Source of the DNA: Antedon mediterranea
Taxonomy: Eukaryota > Animalia > Echinodermata
Direction of reading: 5' to 3'
Length of the DNA: 64,000 nt
NCBI RefSeq assembly: GCF_964355755.1
Contig: NC_092671.1
Coordinates: forward strand, 21,593,317-21,657,316
Shown: one piece after another, positions 28,375 to 40,045 of the stretch
Layout: every line of letters begins with the position of its first letter
Numbering within the stretch: position 1 is the first letter of the stretch
Notes under the pieces: generated by a model
Database searches by the model: none
What the model saw: the letters and a program-made list of their open reading frames with translations, nothing else
Told to the model about the DNA's origin: nothing
Position numbers and translations under genes: made by a program

Positions 28375-28487
28375 GTCTTCTCGGATAAGGACTATAAACC
28401 GTAGGTCCAGTGTACACAGTTATAACATGTGTGTACTTTAAAGAACCCAGTTCATTATTCGAAAAAGAGTAGGGGGTTACCCCGGTG
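28375..28487 (+). other. Nin/Deu-like conserved SINE core domain
   Basis: Motif order TCGGAT..GAC..TAAACCG.AGG.CC ... TAAAGA.CCC ... TTCGAA.AAGAG.AGGGG...CCCCGGTG matches my recollection of DeuSINE/Nin-DC-SINE cores; not verified by alignment. Confidence 0.75.
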
Positions 28488-28590
28488 AACTGGTTCACAC
28501 AATAGCCTCTGTATCAGGGGGATTACCACCTATCTGATAGGACAGTGATTAATTCACTATTGGTAATCCTTGGCCACAGTGCCTAAAGAC

Positions 28591-28620
28591 ATAAAATAAA
28601 ATAAAAATAAATAAATAAAT
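28591..28620 (+). repeat. SINE 3' A-rich simple-repeat tail (TAAAA/TAAA)n
   Basis: ataaaataaaataaaaataaataaataaat immediately before the satellite resumes. Confidence 0.92.
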
Positions 28621-31600
28621 AATAGCTTCAAATCGCATTTGGAGACGTTTTAGACCATTTTGTAATTTTCAAAAAAACTTGTTAACATAAAAACACCAAA
28701 GTTCTTAGAATAGCTTCAAATCGCATTTGGAGACGTTTTAGACCATTTTGTGCATTTCGATGAAACTTGGTTACACAAAAACATCAAAGTGCTTAAAATC
28801 ACATTATAAACCGTTTTAGACCATTTGAGCATTTCGATAACACTTTTCACACAAAAACATCAAAGTTCACAATATAGCTTAATATCCTATTTAAAAACGT
28901 TTTAGACCATTTTGAGCATTTCGACAAAACTTTTTCACACAAAACACCAAAGTGCTTAGAATACCTTCAAATCGCATTTGGAGACGTTTTAGACAATTTT
29001 GTGATTTTCGAAAAAACTTGTTAACATAAAAACATCAAAGTTTACAGAATAGCTTCAAATCGCATTTGGAGACGTTTTAGACAATTTTGTGATTTTCGAA
29101 AAAACTTGTTAACATAAAAACACCAAAGTGCTTAGAATAGCTTCAAATCGCATTGGGAGACGTTTTAGACCATTTTGTGATTTTCGAAAAAACTTGTTAA
29201 CATAAAAACACCAAAGTGCTTAGAATAGCTTCAAATCGCATTTGGAGACGTTTTAGACCATTTTGTGATTTTCGAAAAAACTTGTTAACATAAAAACACC
29301 AAAGTTCTTAAAATAGCCTCAAATCGCATTTGGAGACGTTTTAGACCATTTTGTGATTTTCGAAAAAACTTGTTAACATAAAAACACCAAAGTGTTTAGA
29401 AAAGCTTCAAATCGCATTTGGAGACGTTTTAGACCATTTTGGGATTTTTGAAAAAACTTGTTAACATAAAAACACCAAAGTGCTTAGAATAGCTTCAAAT
29501 CGCATTTGGAGACGTTTTAGACCATTTTGTAATTTTCAAAAAAACTTGTTAACATAAAAACACCAAAGTTCTTAGAATAGCTTCAAATCGCATTTGGAGA
29601 CGTTTTAGACCATTTTGTGCATTTCGATGAAACTTGGTTACACAAAAACATCAAAGTGCTTAAAATCACGTTATAAACCGTTTTAGACCATTTGAGCATT
29701 TCGATAACACTTTTCACACAAAAACATCAAAGGGCACAATATAGCTTAATATCCTATTTAAAAACGTTTTAGACCATTTTGAGCATTTCGACAAAACTTT
29801 TTCACACAAAACACCAAAGTGCTTAGAATACCTTCAAATCGCATTTGGAGACGTTTTAGACAATTTTGTGATTTTCGAAAAAACTTAACATAAAAACATC
29901 AAAGTTTACAGAATAGCTTCAAATCGCATTTGGAGACGTTTTAGACCATTTTGTGATTTTCGAAAAAACTTGTTAACATAAAAACACCAAAGTGCTTAGA
30001 ATAGCTTCAAATCGCATTTGGAGACGTTTTAAACCATTTTGTGATTTTCGAAAAAAGTTGTTAACATAAAAACACCAAAATGTTTAGAATAGCTTCAAAT
30101 CGCATTTGGAGACGTTTTAGACCATTTTGTGATTTTCGAAAAAACTTGTTAACACAAAAACACCAAAGTGATTAGAATAGCTTCAAATCGCATTTGGAGA
30201 CGTTTTAGACCATTTTGTGATTTTCGAAAAAACTTGTTAACATAAAAACACCAAAGTGATTAGAATAGCTTCAAATCGCATTTGGAGACGTTTTAGACCA
30301 TTTTGTGCATTTCGATGAAACTTGGTTACGCAAAAACATCAAAGTGCTTAAAATCACATTATAAACCGTTTTAGACCATTTTGAGCATATCGATAACACT
30401 TTTTACACAAAACACCAAAGTGCTTAGAATAGCTTCAAATCGCATTTGGAGACGTTTTAGACCATTTTGTGATTTTCGACAAAACTTTTTCACACAAAAC
30501 ACCAAAGTGCTTAGAATACCTTCAAATCGCATTTGGAGACGTTTTAGACCATTTTGTGATTTTCGAAAAAACTTGTTAACATAAAAACATCAAAATGTTT
30601 AGAATAGCTTCAAATCACATTTGGAGACGTTTTAGACCATTTTGTGATTTTCGAAAAAACTTGTTAACACAAAAACACCAAAGTGATTAGAATAGCTTCA
30701 AATCGCATTTGGAGACGTTTTAGACCAATTTGTGCATTTCGATGAAACTTGGTTACGCAAAAACATCAAAGTGCTTAAAATCACATTATAAACCGTTTTA
30801 GACCATTTTGAGCATATCGATAACACTTTTCACACAAAAACATCAAAGAGCACAATATAGCTTAATATCTTATTTAAAAACGTTTTAGACCATTTTGAGC
30901 ATTTCGACAAAACTTTTTCACACAAAACACCAAAGTGCTTAGAATAGCTTCAAATCGCATTTGGAGACGTTTTAGACCATTTTGTGATTTTCGAAAAAAC
31001 TTGTTAACATAAAAACATCAAAGTGCTAAGAATAGCTTCAAATCGCATTTGGAGACATTTTAGACCAATTAGTGATTTTCGAAAAAACTTGGTTACACAA
31101 AAACATCAAAGTGGTTAAAATCACATTATAAACCGTTTTAGACCATTTTGAGCATTTCGATAACACTTTTCACACAAAAACATCAAAGTGCTTAGAATAG
31201 CTTCAAATCGCATTTGGAGACGTTTTAGACCATTTTGTGATTTTCGAAAAAAACTTTTTAACATAAAAACACCAAACTTCTAAGAATAGCTTCAAATCGC
31301 ATATGGAGACAATTTAGACCATTTTGTGATTTTCGAAAAAACTTGTTAACATAAAAACACCAAAGTGCTAAGAATAGCTTCAAATCGCATATGGAGACAA
31401 TTTAGACCATTTTGTGATTTTCGAAAAAACTTGTTAACATAAAAACACCAAAGTGCTTAGAATACCTTCAAATCGCATTTGGAGACGTTTAAGACCATTT
31501 TGTGATTTTCGAAAAAACTTGTTAACATAAAAACACCAAAGTGCTTAGAATAGCTTCAAATCGCATTTGGAGACGTTTTAGACCAATTTGTGATTTTCGA

Positions 31601-34600
31601 AAAAACTTGGTTACACAAAAACATCAAAGTGGATAAAAGCACATTATAAACCGTTTTAGACCATTTTGAGCATTTCGATAACACATTTCACACAAAAACA
31701 TCAAAGAGCACAAAATAGCTTAATATCGTATTTAAAAACGTTTTAAACCATTTTGAGCATTTCGACAAAACTTTTTCACACAAAACACCAAAGTGTTTAG
31801 AAAAGCTTCAACTCGCATTTGGAGACGTTTTAGACCATTTTGGGATTTTCGAAAAAACTTGTTAACATAAAAACACCAAAGTGCTTAGAATAGCTTCAAA
31901 TCGCATTTGAAGACGTTTTAGACCATTTTGTAATTTTCGAAAAAACTTGTTAACATAAAAACACCAAAATGTTTAGAATAGCTTCAAATCGCATTTGGAG
32001 ACGTTTTAGACCATTTTGTGATTTTCGAAAAAACTTGTTAACACAAAAACACCAAAGTGATTAGAATAGCTTCAAATCGCATTTGGAGACGTTTTAGACC
32101 ATTTTGTGATTTTCGAAAAAACTTGTTAACATAAAAACACCAAAGTGATTAGAATAGCTTCAAATCGCATTTGGAGACGTTTTAGACCATTTTGTGCATT
32201 TCGATGAAACTTGGTTACGCAAAAACATCAAAGTAATAATCACATTATAAACAGTTTTAGACCATTTTGAGCATATCGATAAAACTTTTTACACAAAACA
32301 CCAAAGTGCTTAGAATAGCTTCAAATCGCATTTGGAGACGTTTTAGACCATTTTGTGATTTTCGACAAAACTTTTTCACACAAAACACCAAAGTGCTTAG
32401 AATACCTTCAAATCGCATTTGGAGACGTTTTAGACCATTTTGTGATTTTCGAAAAAACTTGTTAACATAAAAACATCAAAGTGTACAGATTAGCTTCAAA
32501 TCGCATTTGGAGACGTTTTAGACCATTTTGTGATTTTCGAAAAAACTTGTTAACATAAAAACACCAAAGTGCTTAGAATAGCTTCAAATCGCATTAGGAG
32601 ACGTTTTAGACCATTTTGTTATTTTCGAAAAAACTTGTTAACATAAAAACACCAAAATGTTTAGAATAGCTTCAAATCGCATTTGGAGACGTTTTAGACC
32701 ATTTTGTGATTTTCGAAAAAACTTGTTAACATAAAAACACCAAAGTGCTTAGAATACCTTCAAATCGCATTTGGAGACGTTTTAGACCATTTTGTGATTT
32801 TCCAAAAAACTTGTTAACATAAAAACATCAAAGTGTACAGAATAGCTTCAAATCGCATTTGGAGACGTTTTAGACCATTTTGTGATTTTCGAAAAAACTT
32901 GTTAACATAAAAACACCAAAGTGCTTAGAATAGCTTCAAATCGCATTAGGAGACGTTTTAGACCATTTTGTGATTTTCGAAAAAACTTGTTAACATAAAA
33001 ACACCAAAGTGCTTAGAATAGCTTCAAATCGCATTTGGAGACGTTTTAGACCATTTTGTGATTTTCGAAAAAACTTGTTAACATAAAAACACCAAAATGT
33101 TTAGAATAGCTTCAAATCAAATTTGGAGACGTTTTAGACCATTTTGTGATTTTCGAAAAAACTTGTTAACACAAAAACACCAAAGTGATTAGAATAGCTT
33201 CAAATCGCATTTGGAGACGTTTTAGACCAATTTGTGCATTTCGATGAAACTTGGTTACGCAAAAACATCAAAGTGCTTAAAATCACATTATAAACCGTTT
33301 TAGACCATTTTGAGCATATCGATAACACTTTTCACACAAAAACATCAAAGAGCACAATATAGCTTAATATCTTATTTAAAAACGTTTTAGACCATTTTGA
33401 GCATTTCGACAAAACTTTTTCACACAAAACACCAAAGTGCTTAGAATAGCTTCAAATCGCATTTGGAGACGTTTTAGAACATTTTGTGATTTTCGAAAAA
33501 ACTTTTTCACACAAAACACCAAAGTGCTTAGAATACCTTCAAATCGCATTTGGAGACGTTTTAGACCATTTTGTGATTTTCGAAAAAACTTGTTAACATA
33601 AAAACACCAAAGTGCTTAGAATAGCTTCAAATCGCATTTGGAGACGTTTTAGACCATTTTGTGATTTTCGAAAAAACTTGTTAACATAAAAACACCAAAA
33701 TGTTTAGAATAGCTTCAAATCGCATTTGGAGACGTTTTAGACCATTTTGTGATTTTCGAAAAAACTTGTTAACACAAAAACACCAAAGTGATTAGAATAG
33801 CTTCAAATCGCATTTGGAGACGTTTTAGACCATTTTGTGCATTTCGATGAAACTTGGTTACGCAAAAACATCAAAGTGCTTAAAATCACATTATAAACCG
33901 TTTTAGACCATTTTGAGCATATCGATAACACTTTTCACACAAAAACATCAAAGACCACAATATAGCTTAATATCGTATTTAAAAACGTTTTAGACCATTT
34001 TGAGCATTTCGACAAAACTTTTTCACACAAAACACCAAAGTGCTTAGAATAGCTTCAAATCGCATTTGGAGACGTTTTAGACCATTTTGTGATTTTCGAA
34101 AAAACTTGTTAACATAAAAACATCAAAGGGCTAAGAATAGCTTCAAATCGCATTTGGAGACATTTTAGACCAATTAGTGATTTTCGAAAAAACTTGGTTA
34201 CACAAAAACATCAAAGTGGTTAAAATCACATTATAAACCGTTTTAGACCATTTTGAGCATTTCGATAACACTTTTTACACAAAAACATCAAAGTGCTTAG
34301 AATAGCTTCAAATCGCATTTGGAGACGTTTTAGACCATTTTGTGATTTTTGAAAAAAACTTTTTAACATATAAACACCAAACTGCTAAGAATAGCTTCAA
34401 ATCGCATATGGAGACAATTTAGACCATTTTGTGATTTTCGAAAAAACTTGTTAACATAAAAACACCAAAGTGCTTAGAATACCTTCAAATCGCATTTGGA
34501 GACATTTTAGACCATTTTGTGATTTTCGAAAAAACTTGTTAACATAAAAACATCAAAGTGCTAAGAATAGCTTCCAATCGCATTTGGAGACGTTTTAGAC

Positions 34601-34709
34601 CATTTTGTGATTTTCGAAAACAACTTGTTAACATAAAAACACCAAAGTGCTTAGAATAGCTTCAAATCGCATTTGGAGACGTTTTAGACCAATTTGTGAT
34701 TTTCGAAAA

Positions 34710-37700
34710 AACTTGGTTACACAAAAACATCAAAGTGGATAAAATCACATTATAAACCGTTTTAGACCATTTTGAGCATATCGATAACACTTTTCACACA
34801 AAAACATCAAAGACCACAATATAGCTTAATATCGTATTTAAAAACGTTTTAGACCATTTTGAGCATTTCGACAAAACTTTTTCAGACAAAACACCAAAGT
34901 GCTTAGAATAGCTTCAAATCGCATTTGGAGACGTTTTAGACCATTTTGTGATTTTCGAAAAAACTTGTTAACATAAAAACATCAAAGTGCTAAGAATAGC
35001 TTCAAATCGAATTTGGAGACATTTTAGACCAATTAGTGATTTTCGAAAAAACTTGGTTACACAAAAACATCAAAGTGGTTAAAATCACATTATAAACCGT
35101 TTTAGACCATTTTGAGCATTTCGATAACACTTTTCACACAAAAACATCAAAGTGCTTAGAATAGCTTCAAATCGCATTTGGAGACGTTTTAGACCATTTT
35201 GTGATTTTCGAAAAAAACTTTTTAACATAAAAACACCAAACTGCTAAGAATAGCTTCAAATCGCATATGGAGACAATTTAGACCATTTTGTGATTTTCGA
35301 AAAAACTTGTTAACATAAAAACACCAAAGTGCTTAGAATACCTTCAAATCGCATTTGGAGACATTTTAGACCATTTTGTGATTTTCGAAAAAACTTGTTA
35401 ACATAAAAACATCAAAGTGCTAAGAATAGCTTCCAATCGCATTTGGAGACGTTTTAGACTATTTTGTGATTTTCGAAAACAACTTGTTAACATAAAAACA
35501 CCAAAGTGCTTAGAATAGCTTCAAATCGCATTTGGAGACGTTTTAGACCAATTTGTGATTTTCGAAAAAACTTGGTTACACAAAAACATCAAAGTGGATA
35601 AAATCACATTATAAACCGTTTTAGACCATTTTGAGCATTTCGATAACACATTTCACACAAAAACATCAAAGAGCACAAAATAGCTTAATATCGTATTTAA
35701 AAACGTTTTAAACCATTTTGAGCATTTCGACAAAACTTTTTCACACAAAACACCAAAGTGTACAGAATAGCTTCAAATCGCATTTGGAGACGTTTTAGAC
35801 CATTTTGTGATTTTCGAAAAAACTTGTTAATATAAAAACACCAAAGTACTTAGAATAGCTTCAAATCGCATTTGGAGACGTTGTAGACCATTTTGTGATT
35901 TTCGAAAAAACTTGTTAACATAAAAACACCAAAGTTTACAGAATAGCTTCAAATCGCATTTGGAGACGTTTTAGACAATTTTGTGCATTTCGATGAAACT
36001 TGGTTACACAAAAACATCAAAGTGCTTAAAATCACATTATAAACCGTTTTAGACCATTTGAGCATTTCCATAACACTTTTCACACAAAAACATCAAAGGG
36101 CACAATATAGCTTAATATCCTATTTAAAAACGTTTTAGACCATTTTGAGCATTTCGACAAAACTTTTTCACACAAAACACCAAAGTGCTTAGAATACCTT
36201 CAAATCGCATTTGGAGACGTTTTAGACCATTTTGTGATTTTCGAAAAAACTTAACATAAAAACATCAAAGTTTACAGAATAGCTTCAAATCGCATTTGGA
36301 GACGTTTTAAACCATTTTGTGATTTTCGAAAAAACTTGTTAACATAAAAACACCAAAATGTTTAGAATAGCTTCAAATCGCATTTGGAGACGTTTTAGAC
36401 CATTTTGTGATTTTCGAAAAAACTTGTTAACACAAAAACACCAAAGTGATTAGAATAGCTTCAAATCGCATTTGGAGACGTTTTAGACCATTTTGTGATT
36501 TTCGAAAAAACTTTTTAACATAAAAACACCAAAGTGATTAGAATAGCTTCAAATCGCATTTGGAGACGTTTTAGACCATTTTGTGCATTTCGATGAAACT
36601 TGGTTACGCAAAAACATCAAAGTGCTTAAAATCACATTATAAACCGTTTTAGACCATTTTGAGCATATCGATAACACTTTTTACACAAAACGCCAAAGTG
36701 CTTAGAATAGCTTCAAATCGCATTTGGAGACGTTTTAGACCATTTTGTGATTTTCGACAAAACTTTTTCACACAAAACACCAAAGTGCTTAGAATACCTT
36801 CAAATCGCATTTGGAGACGTTTTAGACCATTTTGTGATTTTCGAAAAAACTTGTTAACATAAAAACATCAAAGTGTACAGAATAGCTTCAAATCGCATTT
36901 GGAGACGTTTTAGACCATTTTGTGATTTTCGAAAAAACTTGTTAACATAAAAACACCAAAGTGCTTAGAATAGCTTCAAATCGCATTAGGAGACGTTTTA
37001 GACCATTTTGTGATTTTCGAAAAAACTTGTTAACATAAAAACACCAAAGTGCTTAGAATAGCTTCAAATCGCATTTGGAGACGTTTTAGACCATTTTGTG
37101 ATTTTCGAAAAAACTTGTTAACATAAAAACACCAAAGTTCTTAAAATAGCTTCAAATCGCATTTGGAGACGTTTTAGACCATTTTGTGATTTTCGAAAAA
37201 ACTTGTTAACATAAAAACACCAAAGTGCTTAGAATAGCTTCAAATCGCATTTGGAGACGTTTTAGACCATTTTGGGATTTTTGAAAAAACTTGTTAACAT
37301 AAAAACACCAAAGTTCTTAGAATAGCTTCAAATCGCATTTGGAGACGTTTTAGACCATTTTGTGCATTTCGATGAAACTTGGTTACACAAAAACATCAAA
37401 GTGGATAAAATCACATTATAAACCGTTTTAGACCATTTTGAGCATATCGATAACACTTTTCACACAAAAACATCAAAGACCACAATATAGCTTAATATCG
37501 TATTTAAAAACGTTTTAGACCATTTTGAGCATTTCGACAAAACTTTTTCAGACAAAACACCAAAGTGCTTAGAATAGCTTCAAATCGCATTTGGAGACGT
37601 TTTAGACCATTTTGTGATTTTCGAAAAAACTTGTTAACATAAAAACATCAAAGTGCTAAGAATAGCTTCAAATCGAATTTGGAGACATTTTAGACCAATT

Positions 37701-40045
37701 AGTGATTTTCGAAAAAACTTGGTTACACAAAAACATCAAAGTGGTTAAAATCACATTATAAACCGTTTTAGACCATTTTGAGCATTTCGATAACACTTTT
37801 CACACAAAAACATCAAAGTGCTTAGAATAGCTTCAAATCGCATTTGGAGACGTTTTAGACCATTTTGTGATTTTCGAAAAAAACTTTTTAACATAAAAAC
37901 ACCAAACTGCTAAGAATAGCTTCAAATCGCATATGGAGACAATTTAGACCATTTTGTGATTTTCGAAAAAACTTGTTAACATAAAAACACCAAAGTGCTT
38001 AGAATACCTTCAAATCGCATTTGGAGACATTTTAGACCATTTTGTGATTTTCGAAAAAACTTGTTAACATAAAAACATCAAAGTGCTAAGAATAGCTTCC
38101 AATCGCATTTGGAGACGTTTTAGACTATTTTGTGATTTTCGAAAACAACTTGTTAACATAAAAACACCAAAGTGCTTAGAATAGCTTCAAATCGCATTTG
38201 GAGACGTTTTAGACCAATTTGTGATTTTCGAAAAAACTTGGTTACACAAAAACATCAAAGTGGATAAAATCACATTATAAACCGTTTTAGACCATTTTGA
38301 GCATTTCGATAACACATTTCACACAAAAACATCAAAGAGCACAAAATAGCTTAATATCGTATTTAAAAACGTTTTAAACCATTTTGAGCATTTCGACAAA
38401 ACTTTTTCACACAAAACACCAAAGTGTACAGAATAGCTTCAAATCGCATTTGGAGACGTTTTAGACCATTTTGTGATTTTCGAAAAAACTTGTTAATATA
38501 AAAACACCAAAGTACTTAGAATAGCTTCAAATCGCATTTGGAGACGTTGTAGACCATTTTGTGATTTTCGAAAAAACTTGTTAACATAAAAACACCAAAG
38601 TTTACAGAATAGCTTCAAATCGCATTTGGAGACGTTTTAGACAATTTTGTGCATTTCGATGAAACTTGGTTACACAAAAACATCAAAGTGCTTAAAATCA
38701 CATTATAAACCGTTTTAGACCATTTGAGCATTTCCATAACACTTTTCACACAAAAACATCAAAGGGCACAATATAGCTTAATATCCTATTTAAAAACGTT
38801 TTAGACCATTTTGAGCATTTCGACAAAACTTTTTCACACAAAACACCAAAGTGCTTAGAATACCTTCAAATCGCATTTGGAGACGTTTTAGACCATTTTG
38901 TGATTTTCGAAAAAACTTAACATAAAAACATCAAAGTTTACAGAATAGCTTCAAATCGCATTTGGAGACGTTTTAAACCATTTTGTGATTTTCGAAAAAA
39001 CTTGTTAACATAAAAACACCAAAATGTTTAGAATAGCTTCAAATCGCATTTGGAGACGTTTTAGACCATTTTGTGATTTTCGAAAAAACTTGTTAACACA
39101 AAAACACCAAAGTGATTAGAATAGCTTCAAATCGCATTTGGAGACGTTTTAGACCATTTTGTGATTTTCGAAAAAACTTTTTAACATAAAAACACCAAAG
39201 TGATTAGAATAGCTTCAAATCGCATTTGGAGACGTTTTAGACCATTTTGTGCATTTCGATGAAACTTGGTTACGCAAAAACATCAAAGTGCTTAAAATCA
39301 CATTATAAACCGTTTTAGACCATTTTGAGCATATCGATAACACTTTTTACACAAAACGCCAAAGTGCTTAGAATAGCTTCAAATCGCATTTGGAGACGTT
39401 TTAGACCATTTTGTGATTTTCGACAAAACTTTTTCACACAAAACACCAAAGTGCTTAGAATACCTTCAAATCGCATTTGGAGACGTTTTAGACCATTTTG
39501 TGATTTTCGAAAAAACTTGTTAACATAAAAACATCAAAGTGTACAGAATAGCTTCAAATCGCATTTGGAGACGTTTTAGACCATTTTGTGATTTTCGAAA
39601 AAACTTGTTAACATAAAAACACCAAAGTGCTTAGAATAGCTTCAAATCGCATTAGGAGACGTTTTAGACCATTTTGTGATTTTCGAAAAAACTTGTTAAC
39701 ATAAAAACACCAAAGTGCTTAGAATAGCTTCAAATCGCATTTGGAGACGTTTTAGACCATTTTGTGATTTTCGAAAAAACTTGTTAACATAAAAACACCA
39801 AAGTTCTTAAAATAGCTTCAAATCGCATTTGGAGACGTTTTAGACCATTTTGTGATTTTCGAAAAAACTTGTTAACATAAAAACACCAAAGTGCTTAGAA
39901 TAGCTTCAAATCGCATTTGGAGACGTTTTAGACCATTTTGGGATTTTTGAAAAAACTTGTTAACATAAAAACACCAAAGTTCTTAGAATAGCTTCAAATC
40001 GCATTTGGAGACGTTTTAGACCATTTTGTGCATTTCGATGAAACT
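34710..40045 (+). repeat. Tandem duplication with 2666-bp unit (boundaries approximate)
   Basis: Private variants recur at exactly 2666 bp: ttcaGacaaa at 34885/37551, aaaaaacTTTTTaac at 36511/39177, and ORF starts at 36659/39325. Confidence 0.88.

Larger units (their letters stand above)
28268..28620 (+). mobile_element. tRNA-derived SINE with Nin/Deu-domain-like central region, inserted into a type A monomer
   Basis: Non-satellite, more GC-rich 353-bp island. It has an A-box TGGCCGAGCGG and a B-box GGTTCGAGGCC. The core gtcttctcggataaggactataaaccgtaggtcc...taaagaaccc...ttcgaaaaagagtaggggg...ccccggtg resembles my recollection of the Deu/Nin SINE domain. It ends in an A-rich (TAAA)n tail and is flanked by AATA at 28264-28267 and 28621-28624. 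Confidence 0.9.

Noticed and set aside
28393-28466. Short matches between SINE core and satellite (tataaaccgt; ttcgaaaaa) suggesting the satellite derives from the SINE
   Set aside because: These are only 9-10 bp AT-rich words with non-matching spacing and no surrounding similarity, which is insufficient evidence of homology.
28205-28498. 97-aa minus-strand ORF
   Set aside because: It runs antisense through the SINE and into satellite sequence across the insertion junction, with no recognisable domain; a chance ORF.
28520-28571. Hammerhead ribozyme in the SINE 3' three-way junction
   Set aside because: It contains ctgatag rather than CUGANGA and lacks the GAAA core in the required position on either strand.
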